The notes under the pieces: generated by a model
Databases searched by the model: none
Told to the model about the DNA's origin: nothing
What the model saw: only the letters and a program-made list of their open reading frames with translations
Part shown: positions 13,318 through 27,370 of the stretch, piece after piece
How positions within the stretch are numbered: the stretch's first letter is position 1
How the letters are laid out: each line of letters opens with the position of its first letter
Source: Lama guanicoe
Taxonomy: Eukaryota
DNA: 64,000 nt
NCBI GenBank assembly: GCA_013239625.1
Contig: MU053493.1
Coordinates: 2,117,793-2,181,792 of the forward strand
Direction of reading: 5' to 3'
Program-made: the position numbers and the translations under genes

Positions 13318-13756
13318 TGATAGACGTGACCAACCTCCAATTCGCAGATCTGCAACTATTTCAGGACAAGCCAAGCTGACTGTGAGTAACAACTTCCGCC
13401 TTCTGCAAAACCCACCAATCAGCATTTACCCTTCAGCATAGCTTATCTGCATAACAACTTCTGCCTCCCTGGACCTGAATGAGAACTACGGGTGGGAAAA
13501 TTCGTCCCCGCCCCCCTCTCTCTTAGACACGCCCCTTTCACTTTCAGTGTACGCAGCAATCAAAACGTACCTCTCAGTGCCCCTCATTTGCATTAAACCC
13601 CACCAATCAGCTCCTACCTGTGCAGATAAATAACCAAGCCTATACACGGAAAAGCGGGCTCCCGTCCCACTGGAGACCCCTCTGCAGGTTTCCAAAAATA
13701 GGCCTGACTCTGCTGTTGAGCTGTCTCTCTCCTTTCTTTCTCTCCAACTCCTAACA
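13318..13756 (+). mobile_element. Solo LTR, family B
   Basis: tgatagac...ctaaca, homologous along its length to 32478-32926, with CCAAT boxes. No clear TSD. Confidence 0.75.
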
Positions 13757-16024
13757 GTCCTCTGGGTTTAAATTTCTGTGCTCAGGTTACAACACAGCCT
13801 GTGTTTAACAGAAATGCCCACCATGTAGGATAATGTCAGGATTTTAAAACATTGTATGTCAAGCTCTCTGCGTAATGCCTGGCACACGGCGGCCCTCCAC
13901 AGATGTCCACACTGGCCTCTGCAGGTGGCTGAGCATGAGAGGGAAACACCCTCAGGTCTACTCCCCCGGCTCCTAATGAGACGTGCAGGACAGACATCCC
14001 AAGAGATCCCCCAGCAAGATGAAAAAAGGAAGAAGGAGGTACAGCATCATGTCTGAACTCAACAGAGCATCAGGGACAGGCATGAGTGGAGAAACAGGAG
14101 GTCAAGAAGCTCTTGATTCCTGCCCTGCTCTCATATTCAAAAGTGGCTGTGAGCACAGAGGGTACATAAGTAGCATCCTGAGAATCCTCACAGACACCTG
14201 CAGGTCTCTGTGATGTGAACTGAGCAGGCACAGGTCGCTCCAGGAAAACCCTTCCGGAGTAGGCACTCACATTGTGCATCTCGTGAGCTGGACAAAGGCA
14301 GAAAGGGCCAGGACGGGGGGCTGGGCCATTGCCCACAGGAGTGAGCCCTGGGCTCGGCCAAGGGGACATTTCTTGGGGTTTCAGGAGGGCAGCAAGACTC
14401 CAGGGACTTTGCAGTGGCATGTTCAGCATGCTAGCCCCCCACCACCAGCCTCTCCTGGGGGCTCAAAACAAGGCTGGGGCAACATCCGTCTCTGGCAGAG
14501 GGCAATGAACTGGTCAGCATGTGGGAGCCAGAGCATCCCAACAGAGTCTGTCTGCATTGCGACAAAGCGCCAGCAGGTGCATGTGCAAACCAACTCGCTC
14601 CCGTGACAGCGCACTTAAACAAAGGGCACCAGAAGGACTTCAAAACAGAGCCTGACAACCAGCAGGAAAACGCAGACCAAGAAACAGCAGCTCACCACGG
14701 TAATGCATGGAACCTAAGATCCTAATAAGGACATCAATCCAATACCAGGAGGACTGGAGGTGATAGCAGGAGACCGCGATCACAGGAGGCTAGAGACAGA
14801 ATGGAGGAATCCAATTACAAGGTGAGAATGAGACCCTCACCATTGCACAGCTAATAAATAATTTGGAACCAGTGAGGAATGTAGTAGACATGGGTGAAAA
14901 TCGCAGTAATGGCCTGGGGGAGACAGTGAGGTCACCGCCGTAACTGTGTGAAGGAAGAAAGAGACGCGTGATAAATTACAACGAAGAGGATCGCTTGGTG
15001 GTTGACAGTTTCTGCCCTTCAATCTAGAAACTAACATGTCTTCCTGTGAAGAAGCATCAGCCTGAAACTTAGAATTAGTTCAGTTCCACGTCAGTGCCGC
15101 TTCTGTTAATTTCAAATAAAAATGATGGTTTAAAACATCTACAGTGTTATTCCCTAGTAACTCGTCTTTTATCATCACATGCATCGAGGGATTTCTGAAT
15201 TTATGGCCCCTGTGTCTGAAAGACTGATTATGGATGGCACAACTCTTGTTTATTTACTGCTTCTGCTGTTGTACTTTTCTGTGTTGCTTAGTTTATTATG
15301 CAAAAGACAAATATGCATTGTTTTTATTTTTAGAAAAGTAAAAATGAAGAAAATCCACTCAGTATTCCTTTGATAAACGTATCTACTGAACATTGTTTTA
15401 GGCAGTGAAGGTATCAGCCAGGCCAAGACCTCACCCAGCCGCAGGTCAAATAGAAGCCTGCAGATTCAGAAACACAAAGGACAATCCAAACAGTGCATTC
15501 CAGAAATCTAAGAGTGACTCAACATTAGGATATACAGCTAAGGAGTAAAATCACACGATCATGTCTAGGATGCAGGTGTCTGATTGATTCAGCATCTGAA
15601 AAAACTCAATAAAACAGGATTTGGGGGAAGTGATAAAGTCACATCCCAACATGGTAGGAAATACGCACGACTACACCATATACCTCACCTCAAAAGCCAG
15701 CATCTTAATGAACAGAGATCTAGAGGCTCTTCTGCTGAAGTGCACAGCAGGACAAGAGGACCCACCACATCCACTACTCTTCAACACTGAGTGCCAGGGA
15801 TGGGCCCATTATGTAGACAAGAGAAATATACTAGAGACATAAGAAAATTGTGGAAGAAGTTAAATTATCTTCATTTACACAGTGTGATTAGATATGCAGA
15901 AAGCCAAGAGTACATGCAAAAAACCAAGCACACAAAAACCAAGAAGAAAACTTAGTTTTAAAAAAAGATTAGAAAATAAATACACAAAATCAGTAATGTT
16001 TATTCACACGAAAGACAACAGTTG

Positions 16025-16775
16025 TGTTGCTGAAACATGGCTTCCACACCCCGCTTCCTGAATTGAGACTCAAGGACAGAGTTTTGGATGAAGTAGGAAA
16101 GGGAGCTTGCTTTCTTTGCAGGCAAAGGAGGTCACAGTAGGCTAATGCGCCTGAGACTGTGATGTGAGCCTGCAGGAAGAGAGAAGTCAGCGGATTTTAT
16201 AGTAAAAGTTCAAAAGTTCAAGGGGCAGAGCTAGTTTCCAGAGATTATATACAGGACAACAAATTGTTGCAGGGTTGTTCTTATTTTTGCAGATGCAGAG
16301 GTCCCCTTCTCTCTGCTGTGTATGAAGTTCATCTTCGGCTTTGGGACTCTCTTAATATTCTTGTACCTAGAACAAAGGATACATAGGAAGGGGCTCCATG
16401 GAAAAGAGCTCCAGAGAAAAACTTATGCAGTTTAAAGTCAGGTTGATAAATACTTCTAGCCTTTTAAGCAGGCTGAGGCCTGGGACCTCTGACTGTAGGC
16501 TGAGGGCTGCAGCTCAAACAACAGGATCTGAGGAAACCACAAGGGGTCAAGAGGAGGGCACTGGGGTCAAGAGCAGGGCACTGAGCATGATCCCTACACA
16601 CAGCACCACAAGGGGGTTGGGCAGGCCACCCAAGCCTCCCTCCTCTCCAGCCCCACCCTGGTCAGCAAGAGCATGAGAAAAACCCTTTAAACCATCATAC
16701 CGTTAAGCAGTTACAGACACCATTACAGATATCAGATGGCCACTGATGATGACCATAGGGTCCTGCTCGGTTATA
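16025..16775 (-). mobile_element. Solo ERV1-class LTR, family C
   Basis: Minus strand starts t(a)taaccgagcaggaccctatgg and ends cagcaaca. TSD gttg at 16021-16024 and 16776-16779. Confidence 0.75.
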
Positions 16776-17477
16776 GTTGAACCATGTAACTGAAGACCAC
16801 ATTTACAATAGCAAAATAGATAAATAAGAACTACTACTGGAAACCTAACAAGAAATATCTAAAACTTACATAAACAAAATTTGAAATGCTTATGAAGAAA
16901 AAAGAAGTCTGAATAAATGGAAAGATAGGTCATGTTCCTTCACAAGAAGATTCAATATCACTGAGATGTCAATTCCCCCAAAGTTAATCTATAAATTTAA
17001 TACCATAGCAATGAAAGCATCACATCATTGTTTCTTGGAAGCCAGGCAAATTGATGATACAGTTGATTTGGAAGAACCACCAAAACCAGAATCGCTAATG
17101 GAAAAAAGCAAAGAGGGACAATGAGGAGGGCGAACCTAGCAGATACTAAAGTGCACTGTGAAGCTTCTGGAATCAAAACAGCACAGGGATGGTGTGGAAA
17201 TTGACAGGCCAGTGGAGGAGGGTTGAAATATCCAGAAATTGACCACTTGTCTATGGAAACAGACAAATTTATGTTTATATATTCTGTTTCCATTTCATTC
17301 TATTTCAGATGTCTATCTAGTATATGATAAAGCTATCACTTAAAATCACTGGGGGAAAATGGACTTTTTAATAAGTGGTACTGATATAACCAGATAGCCA
17401 CATGGAAAAGGAAAAATACACATCTGTTTTGCACAAATTACATCAGGATTCATTCCAAATAGATCATAGACTTAAGT

Positions 17478-17512
<35 letters not shown>

Positions 17513-17774
17513 GGGGCAAGAGATCCTATTTAAGCATTAGAAGAAAACAGAGAATTAATTCCTCTATGACCTACAAACAGAAACAGTCCCATTACTCATA
17601 CTCAAAAGCAATAGGGAAAAGTTGGACACATTTAACTACAAAAATTAAAAACCTTTTATGTGAAAAAAAACACCAGAAATAAATAAAGAAGACAAATGAT
17701 ATATTAGGGAGAAGGGTGTAACCTGTATCACAGAAAAAAGGTTAACAGCCTTCTTGCATAAAGACTACAGTGCA

Positions 17775-17873
17775 AGGAGGTGGGGTGTGGGTATAGCCCA
17801 GTGGTAGAGTACATGCTTAGCATGCACGAGGTACTGGGTTCAATCCTTAGTAACTGCATTAAGGAAAAAAAAA
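17775..17873 (+). mobile_element. tRNA-derived camelid SINE (vic-1-like), short form
   Basis: A box tagcccagtgg, B box ggttcaatcc, poly(A). TSD aagactacagtgca / aagagtacagtgca. Confidence 0.85.
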
Positions 17874-20673
17874 AAGAGTACAGTGCAGTTTTAAGAAGGA
17901 AGGGGAAATATCTCTATCCACTGCCCGAGACCCTTCCCCACGACAAAACATTAAGTTACAAACCAGGGACCAGGACAGTGCACATCGTATGCATGCATGT
18001 GTACATGCAGTATGTGGACCATATACATACATGCTTACCATTTTTAAATGAAAGCGGTTGCTATGGGGGTGGGGGTGAGGGTGGCAGTGGCAGGAGGTGG
18101 GAGAGAAACAGAAACACAATAAAGGGGACAGGGATGACAACTAGAATGCTCTAAAAATACTTTACTGTACAGATTTGACTTTGTAACAGTAAACGTTCTA
18201 TATAATCAGGAAACTAAATCAACACTGAAAAAATAAAATCTCTAACATCAAAACAAAATGAAACACACCAGTACATTGGGTTGGTGGCTTCACTACAGAG
18301 AGTGGTTTTAAAGTGATTGGAAAATGAGTAATTTCACAGTCTCTCAAGGGGTCTGTGTTCTGAGGAATAAGTAAGAGATGTGTGGTCCAGCAAGAAAAGA
18401 TAAGAGAGAGAGAGACTGAAGAGACATAAGGACCAAGCACAAAGAGAGAGAGAAGACAGACACAGGGACTCAGAGAGATAAAGTGAGAGAAATCTGAACA
18501 CTGTTGATAAAACAAATGACTGGTATCTTTCAGGTGTCATAATGGTATTGCGACTATGTCATTCTTAAAAAGAACCATTTTCTTTCAGAGATACATAACT
18601 TCAGTCTTCCGAATGAAATAATAGGAGGCTCAGGACTGCTTTAAAAACCCCAGGGAGAAATGGAAGGGGGTACTGGGGCAGGAACAGCGACCAGAACTTG
18701 TTGTTAGCTCAGTGATGGGTGCACAAAGGTCCAATGCATTATTTTCTCTGTTTACATGTGTTTGTGCATATGTATATGTACATAAATACATATACATATA
18801 TACACATAGACACATACACATGTATATACATATATCCACATATATAATACATATGTATAATTATCCACAATGAAAAAAATTTTTTTAAAAAACATGAAAC
18901 ATGTAGGTTCAGATCCCAACTCTGCAACAGTCATGGAGCCATTTTTTTTAATGTCCTATGTTTTGGGAACTTCAGTTCCTTCATTTTTAAAAGAGGACCC
19001 TTAAACTGAAGTCAAAAGGCAAATTAACAACATAACAAAGGCGAGTCATGGGAGAAGAACTGAACGAAGGCTAGTTATTTTTTTATATTTATATGAACAT
19101 AAATCAAATAAATATGTAAATGTAATTCTGCCAAATAACTAAAAATATTTCACTAAACACAAAGTCAAAGTGAGATTGCAAATGATGCTTAAAGGGGGAA
19201 TAAAGAATTAAGCATTTCAGTTTGATAACTACACAAAATAGCAATGCTAAAAATAGGACTAAAGTGATGCCCAAATGTATGTCTCAATTATTATCAAACT
19301 CAAATACCAGATTCAATGCAGTAATTCTGATTAACATGCATAAAACTACATACAGCTATTACCATAAACAATATTACATTTGTGGGACCACAGCTGCTAT
19401 GCAAAGTCTGATGTTCCTAAAACTTGAGTGACATATTCTGCCCTCGTGTTTCATAAAAAAAAATAGTAATCAGATTAGGTTAATTATAAAGCCACAGACA
19501 AAACATGGATCTTTTTAAATTACCCAGGTAAATAAAGTAATTTAAAATGAACAAATACTTCAATAAAAACAGTCAGAGACAGAGCTCAAAGCATTAAGGA
19601 AGCCAGATCTGTATACTCTTGGGGTTTATATTCAGAGACTCAATCAAATTTAAACTCATCACTTATGCAAAATGGAACACGAATCTCCCATTAAAATGAT
19701 CACAACCGCTGGCTTATTAAAATGCTCAAGTGCATTAGACATACCAGAGGAAAATTCAATATTACATAATTCAAATAATGTTTCTATTTTAGCCCAGAAA
19801 ACACAGGGTTTTGACCACAAAGCAACGGGAGATGCTACAGCCTCATGCAAAATTCACTTTACTACTCTGGAGGCCAACCACTCAAAGAGGCCTAAGGTGT
19901 CACAGCGACAGCTCAGGCCAGAAGAGTCACATATGTGACTTGGACGGCTGGTGAGATGGGGTCCGGCCCTGGTCCACAGAGAAGATCTGAGACTGAAGCC
20001 AGTGAGTAACAGGGACCAGGCCACGCATCCTCTCGCGATGCTGCTGTGGGTGTGGCTTTTCACCGTGGAAGTGTGAGTCATTTTGAAACCACATGAACTC
20101 ACCTCACAGGTGACATCTCTTGAAAACAGGCACTCGCTGAGTTTACCCATCACCCACTCAAACTTGGCTCTCACAGTCTGCCCCCAACTCCAGATTTCAG
20201 GTGTAAATTTTCATCGTTTCTAGACAGCTGATCATACGTCGATGGCAAATTCTCAAGCGCACACTTGGAGTAGTGATGTCTTCCTAAGGGTTGGCTTAGC
20301 AGATGCAAACTGGCAAAGATCGGGTGGAAACCAATGTCTGTGACGGGATACTTTCTTTTTCCACGTACACCTACGGTCACATAGCCCTTTCCTCTACAAA
20401 CCCGATTACCAAAAACAGCCAATTCACTAAAAATCACGTGTAAAATTAAAGCCTAAAATTTAACCATATGCCACTGAAAATATCTAGTGTATTTTTTTAA
20501 GTTATGAAAAATAAGAATACCCTACTCCACATCTGCACTGCATCCTGTAATTCAGAAGGACCGCAGGAAGCTGCCAGAGAGCATCTCATGGCTCCCGTGG
20601 ACCCTTAAGACATCTGAAAACAGTGACGGCAGCCCACGGCTCTTCCCTTTCAGAGGAATGGAAGGATGAGGCT

Positions 20674-21345
20674 GTGTGAGGTTTTCTCACACCAAAAACT
20701 GGTTCTCCAATTCTCAGATGCCAACTGGGTGTCCAACAATGCAGGTCAGTGCTGACACGAACTACCCAGAGTTAGTGGGAGCCCTACAGGTTCAGGGACA
20801 CCTGTACTTCTGGCCCACTGGTTATAAATCAGAGGTGCCCATAGCTCCCTCTTAAAGTGCAATAATTTTCTAGAATGGCTCACAGAACCATGAAAACAAT
20901 ACTTAGGTTTACCGCTTTATTATAAAAAGGATACAAGTCAGAACAGTCAAATGGAGGAAATACCAAAGACAAGGTGTGGGGTGCCTAGGGGGTGACACCA
21001 CCCTCCCAAAACTGCCATGTGTCACCAACCCAGAAGCTTTCCAAAGCCTATTATTTAGGGTTTAAATGGAGGCACAATGTATTAAATCATCGGTCACTGA
21101 ACTCAATCTCCAGCCCCTCTGCTGCCCCAGGAGGTGGGGCATAGGGCTGAGTGTTGCAAGCCTCTAATAATAGCTGGGTCTTTGTGGAGACAGCTCCCAT
21201 CCTGAAGCTACCTAGGGACCCACAGCCAAGCATCATCTCATTAGCACACAAAGCACTCTTAATCCCTCAGGAGACTGGAAAGGTTTTAGGAACTCAGCGG
21301 CCAGGCACAAGGAACTGGAACAAATGCATACATTCATTACACTGC
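20674..21345 (-). mobile_element. MER21-like LTR
   Basis: Motifs ccaactgggtgtccaacaat, gacacgaactacccagagttag and actcaatctccagcccctct. Confidence 0.6.
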
Positions 21346-24300
21346 ACAGGTCTCCCAATGTTCCTCATTAGGTCTCCTCCTCAGAGACTAGTGGAGAGAG
21401 GCAAGCAGAAAATCTGGGCCAAACCCTACTTGAAAGCCCTAACCAGAGATTTTGAACAAGAAGCTCAGACGGCCCTTGGCTTTTCTGCAGGAACACGAGG
21501 ACGTTTAGATTGAGTGAACTATACAATCACCAACTGTTGAAAAACTCTCTAAGTCCCCAACTATCCAAATGAATTCCTGCTTTCCCTTTGACAGGTGCGG
21601 ATGGGAAGGGCCCCTCCTGACTCCATGCCCCTCCAGCCTTCCTAATACACCTGAGACATGATTAAAAGGCTAAGAAACGCTTAGGAAGGCCACAGCACAG
21701 GAACACGGCCCACCGGCGACTGAAATTATCGGATGCTTCCCCTCACATGGCCCTTCCCACCAGACTAGCAGGGCTCCAGCAGAGTGACAGTGGATTTCAG
21801 CTGAAGGAGCTGCAGGCTGTAAGGGGCAGTCCCCAGGGAAGTCCAAACCCAAGGCAAATAGATGAATAGGAAGCCTCTGGCACCCCCAAGAACAAACATT
21901 AAACAGAGCCCACATCCCAGCCCTATAAACATAAAATCTCACACTTAAGACTTACTGACCTCAGTTCTTATTACCCAATACACTATGTTGGGTTTTCAAC
22001 AGAAAATCACACAGCGTGCTAAAAGGGAAGAAGAAACACAGTCTGAAGAGATTCAGAAATGGAAGAGATTCTGGAATTATGAGATGGGGCATTTAAAATA
22101 ACTATGATTAATATGCTAAGGGATCTAACAGAAAAAGTGAACAAACAACAATCAAGGACAGATGGGAAATGTAAGCAAAAGTGGAAACTCTAAGAAAGAA
22201 TCAAAGGAAATACAGAAAAATCAAAAACACTGTAATGGAAATGAAGTACCCCTTTGATGGGCTCATTAACAGTCTGGACACAGCCAGGGAAAGGATTTGT
22301 GAGCTTGAAAACAGACAAATAGAAATGTACCAAACTGAAAGGCAAAAAATAATGAAAAACAAAAACAGAAGATCCAAGAACTGTGGGACAATCTGAAAGC
22401 TATAACATAGGCATACCACCAAAAGGAGAAGAAAGAATGAAACAGAAAAAATATCTAAAGTAATAATGACCGAGAGCTTACAAATTTAACGGCAGACCCC
22501 AAACCACAAATCAAGAAAGTTGACAGAATACAAAGCAGAAGTCCCCCACAAATCTACACTTGGGCTTATCATGGTCAAACTGCAGAAAACCCCAAACCAA
22601 GAACAAATCTGAAAGGAGCCAGATAAAAAAATGACGCTTGACCTACAAAGGAACAAAGGTAAGAATTCCAGTTGCCTTCCTGTCGGCAAAGCAGGAGGAA
22701 GAGAATGGAGTGAATGTTTAAAGGGGTAAAAGAAAAAAACCACCAACCTAGAATTTCATGTCCAGCAAAATCATTCTTCAACAATTAAGGAGAAGGAAAG
22801 GCTTTGCTTTTTGTTTCCCCAAGAAATAAAAATGGAGAGAATTTATCTCCAGCAGACCTGCCCTGAAAAAAATGTTAAAAGAAATTCTTTGGGGAGAAGG
22901 AAAATGAAAGAGGTCAGAAACTCAGATGTACATTAAAAAAAGAAGAGCACTGAAGAAGGAATAAGTGAAATTAAAATAAATTATTTTACTTTTCATATTT
23001 TTAATTCATCAAAAGGATAACTGTCTCCTTAAGTAATAGTAACACTGTGTTGGGTGACTACAGCTCATGGACAAATGCAATGACTGACAGCAGTGTCATC
23101 AGGGAGGACAGGGAGACACTGGGAACACTGCTGTGTCACAAGGCACCTGTACTAGATGCAAATGAGTGCAGTGTTGTTTGAAGGTGAATATAGATTAGTT
23201 TAAAATGTATTTTGGAAACGCTAGGGCAATCACTAAAAAAAAAATTGTAAAAGAAGTATAATTCTTATGGTAAAAAAGGAGCTAAAGTGGAATCATGCTC
23301 AATTAAAACCAGAGAAATCAGGAAAAGACATGGGAAAAAAGAAAAGAACAGAAAAATGTTATAAACATGGTCTGTATGGATCATGTTCATTAGACATGTA
23401 TCTAACTGTATCAATCCAACTACATCAATAATCACTTTAAATGTGAATGACCCAAATACCCCAGTTAAAAGGCAGAGACTGTCTTTCACAAAAACAGCAT
23501 CAACTATTGGTGGTCTACAAGAAACCCACTTTAAATATAAAGACTCTGAGAGATCAAAAGAAACGAGATGGAGAAAATGAGATCGTGCTATGGTAATCAA
23601 AAGAAAGCTGGAGGATCAATGATAATTCCAACAAAGCAGGTTTCAGAACAAGGAAGATTATCAGGGAAAAAGAGGCGCATTACTTAATGATATAGAGGTC
23701 AATTCTCTGAGAAAATACCACAATCCTTACTGTGTTTGCATCTAACAGTGTCAAAATATACGAGGCAAAACCTGACAGAACCGAGAGGAAAAATATACAA
23801 ATGCACCACTATAGTTGAGGACTCCAACACCCTCTTTCAGTAATTAATAAATAAGCCAGCAGAACATCAGTGAGGATATAGTTGAACTTGAACAGCATTA
23901 ATAATCTATTTGATCTGACATCTATAGACTACTTCATCCACCAACAAGCACCATACAGGTTCTTCTTAAGCTCACACAGAACACCCACCAAGAAAGACCA
24001 CATTCTGGGTTAAAGAACACCCCTTGACAAGTTTAAAGGGATATAAATCATAAGAAGTATGATCTTGGATCACAGTGAAATTAAACTAGAAATCAATAAC
24101 AGAAAAACAGCTGGAAAATTCTGAAATATTTGTCTATTTAAAAACACAATTCTAAATATCAAATGGCTTAAAGAAGATTCAATTGAAATTAAAATATACT
24201 TTGAACTAAAAGAAAATGAAAATACAACTTATCAAAATTTGTTGTGTGCAGTGAAAGCAGTGTTTACGGGGAATTTATAGCATCAAATGCATATACTAGA

Positions 24301-24466
24301 AAAGAAGAAAGGTCTAAATATCAATCATCTAAGCTTGCACCTTAGGAAAGTGGAGAGAGAAGAGCAGTTTAAGCCTAAAGCGAACAGAAGAAAGGAAATA
24401 ATAAAAATAGGGCAGAAATCAACAAAACTGAAAATAGGAAGACAACAGAGACTGGAAGACAATATT

Positions 24467-24621
24467 TTTTGTTGTTTTGTTTTTCTGTTTTTTGGGGGGG
24501 GGAGGGGAGGTAATTAGGTTTATTTATTTATTATTATCTTTTTAACGGAGATTCTGAGGATTGAACCCAGGACCTTGTGCATGCTATGCACACACTCTAC
24601 CACTGAGCTATAACTTCCCTT
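24467..24621 (-). mobile_element. vic-1-like SINE
   Basis: attgaacccaggacc...ctctaccactgagctata, with ggtaattaggtttatt tail and TSD caatatt. Confidence 0.85.
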
Positions 24622-25302
24622 CAATATTGTTAAGAGAAGGAAAAAGACAAGCCACAGATTAAAAGAAAATATGTGTAAAGCACATGTATCATAAAGGACT
24701 TGTATCCAAACTGTACAAAGAAATGTAAAACTCAACAATAAGAAAACAAGAAACCCGATTTTAAAAGTGAACAAAGATGTGAACAAACCTGTCGTCAAAG
24801 AAGACGTACGGATGGCAGAGGAGCAAATAGATAATGCTCAACATCACTGCTCATTAGGAAACTGCAAATCAGAACAAAAATAAGATACCACGACACAATC
24901 CAGAAACTGACAGTGCAAACTGCAGCTGAAGGTGCAGACCAACAGGAACTCTCACATGTTGCTGGTAGGATCCAAAATGGTTCAGCCACTTGGGAAGACA
25001 ATTAGAAGTTTCTTACAAAGTCTTCCCATACAATCCAGCAACCACTCTCCTAGGTATTTACCCAATTGATTTGAAAATATCTGCATAGAAATGTTTCAAG
25101 CCGCTTTACTCATAATGGCTAAAGACTGGACGTGACCAAGACATCCATCAATAGGTGCATGGATAAACAGACGGTGATACATCCACACAGTGGAATATTA
25201 GTGGGCAAGAAAATGAACAATCAAGTCGCAGAAGATATGAATGGGTCTTAAACGCATATTGCTAAGTGAAAGAAGCCTGAAAAAAATAAAAACAACCTAC
25301 TA

Positions 25303-25634
25303 TGTACTATGGTCTGAATGTTTGTGTCCCCGCCAAATTCATGTGTTGAGATCCTAAACCCCAAAGGTGACGATACTCTGGGAGGTACTCAAGTTATTAA
25401 AGTGGAGCCCTCCTGAATGGGATTCGTGTCTCATGAAAGAGGCTGCAGAGAGAGCCCCCTCCCTTTGGTCGTGTGGGGACACAAAATGTCTGTGTCCTGG
25501 AACAGAGCCTTCACTCAACCATGCTGGAACCCGGATCTCAGACTTCCAGCCTCCAGACCAAGAGAAATAAATTTCTCTTGTTTATAAGTCACCCGGTCTG
25601 GTATTTTGTAATAGCAACCCGAACAGACTGAAGA
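25303..25634 (+). mobile_element. MLT1A/MST-type MaLR LTR
   Basis: ctatggtctgaatgtttgtgtcccc ... aataaatttctcttgtttataagtcacccggtctggtattttgtaatagca. Confidence 0.8.
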
Positions 25635-25964
25635 TGCTGATTCCACTTACAGGACATTCTGGAAAAGACAAAACTCCAGCAACAGTGAAAGGATGAGTAA
25701 TTGCCAGGAGTCTGGAGGGAGCAGGAAGGACTGAGCAGGTTAATAAGTACAAGGGATGTTTTCAGGGCGGCGAAACTCCTCTTATGATACTCTAATTGTG
25801 GATACATGACACTACACATTTGTCAAACTCCACTGAACTGTGCAGCACAAAGAGAGGACCTTAATGTATGCAAATTCTGAAAAACTGTTTAGGGAGTGGG
25901 AGGATCCCAGGCTGGAATGCAGAATGTGGCAAAATGATCTGTTTTATAAAAAGAAGAAACATGG

Positions 25965-26108
25965 CGGGGGGAGGGTAGAGCTCAGTGGTAGAGCGCACGC
26001 TTAGCATGCATGAGGTCATGGGTTCGATTCCCAGTACCTTTGTCAAATTAAAAATGATAATAAATAAGTAAACCTAATTACCTCCCCCTGCTCCCCCCCC
26101 AAAATAAA
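25965..26108 (+). mobile_element. vic-1-like SINE
   Basis: ggggagggtagagctcagtggtagagcgcacgcttagcatgcatgaggtcatgggttcgattccc, plus tail aaacctaattacctcccc. Confidence 0.88.
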
Positions 26109-26435
26109 CCTCCTTGAAATGGGTGGGAAAGAAGAGAGCCTAACGTAAGTAACTCTGGACACGAATGAAAATCTATAAAAGCACAGGCAGACGAAACTGC
26201 GTGTCATCTGAGCTCTCGCTGATGGAGCTGCTTTCCACCATCCTAATACCACTGCACACGTATCCTGGCGCCGAACGATTAAGTAAATGGATGGTGGATG
26301 GTGAGAGCTGGGCTTCTGACTGCTGGGGAGGGGGCAAGGGGCGGGAGGCTGAAGTGACCCACGTGGTCATGGATTAGAGGTGGAGAAACCACCATGACTG
26401 ACGTGGAGCTTAACACGGAGACCGACAGTTACATA

Positions 26436-27180
26436 TGTGATGGAACAGGCATCTGGGCCTCAGCCTCGTCCCTGGCACACAGTTCCTGAAACACTGGTGA
26501 TTTCCTAAGTGATGAGAGTGATGGGAGCGTCTTTTCTATTTGGTTTCTGGCCCCAGTCCCTGAAACAGGTCCAGGGCATAAAGCTGAAAGGAGAACTTTT
26601 ATTTTATCGCAAGGCCCTTTCCACCACACCTGAGTTTACGTTAAAAAGGTGCCTTCTGGAAAGCCCCTGAGGATGGGGGCTGGTTGCCAGGGGAGATTGG
26701 AATTTTCAGCCCCACCCCCTGACCTCCACGGAGGGGAGGAGGGCTGGAGTTGATTTAATCACGAGTGGCCAATGATCTGATTAATCGTGCTTACATAAGG
26801 AAGTCTCCAAAAAATGATCGCTACCCAAAGGAGCGTGGAGAGCTTCCAGGCCGGGGAACCCGCGGAGGTGCCCTTCCCCAGACCTCACCCTGTGCATTGA
26901 TTGCTTCCATCGTCTGTTCCTGAGTTGCACCCTCTTAGAGTAAACCTGTAATCTCGTCATCAAACTGTTGTCCTGAGTTCTGGGAGCCGTTCCTGCAAAT
27001 TACCAAACCCAAGAAGGGGGTTGTGGGAACCCCCAGTTTGTAGCCATTTGGGCAGAAGCTGGAGGTGACCCGAGGTCCCACTGGTCATGACTGACACCTG
27101 CAGTGAGGGGTAGTCTTGGAGTGCTGGGTCCTTAACCAGTGGGATCTGTGCTCACCCCAGGCAGTTAGTGACAGAATTGA
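26436..27180 (+). mobile_element. MER21-like LTR
   Basis: cctggcacacagttcctgaaacactggtgatttcctaagtgatg and ggggttgtgggaacccc. Confidence 0.6.
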
Positions 27181-27370
27181 ATTTATATATAAAATAGATA
27201 AACAACAAGGACCTACTATATAGCACAGGGAACTGTATTCAGTACTTTGTAATGGCCTATAATGGAAAAGAATCTGAAAAAGAATATATATATGTGTATG
27301 TAAAACTGAATCACTTTACTGTACACCAGAAACTAACACAACATTGTAAATCAACTATCGATTAAAAAAA
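27181..27370 (+). mobile_element. Short L1 3'-end fragment
   Basis: atagataaacaacaaggacctactatatagcacagggaac...ttgtaaatcaactat, followed by an A-tail. Confidence 0.8.

Larger units (their letters stand above)
15470..18900 (+). mobile_element. Fragmented old L1 ORF2/3'UTR, interrupted by an LTR, a SINE and microsatellites
   Basis: L1 motifs aataaatggaaagata, gatgtcaattcccccaaagttaatctataaattt and aaaattaaaaacctt. Confidence 0.65.

Noticed and set aside
14985..15025. Possible minus-strand last exon (IEGQKLSTTKRSSSL*)
   Set aside because: Weak acceptor and an unrecognised peptide.
25965..26040. tRNA-Ala-like genes (here and at the other SINE heads)
   Set aside because: They are SINE heads with tails, TSDs and substitutions, not tRNA genes.
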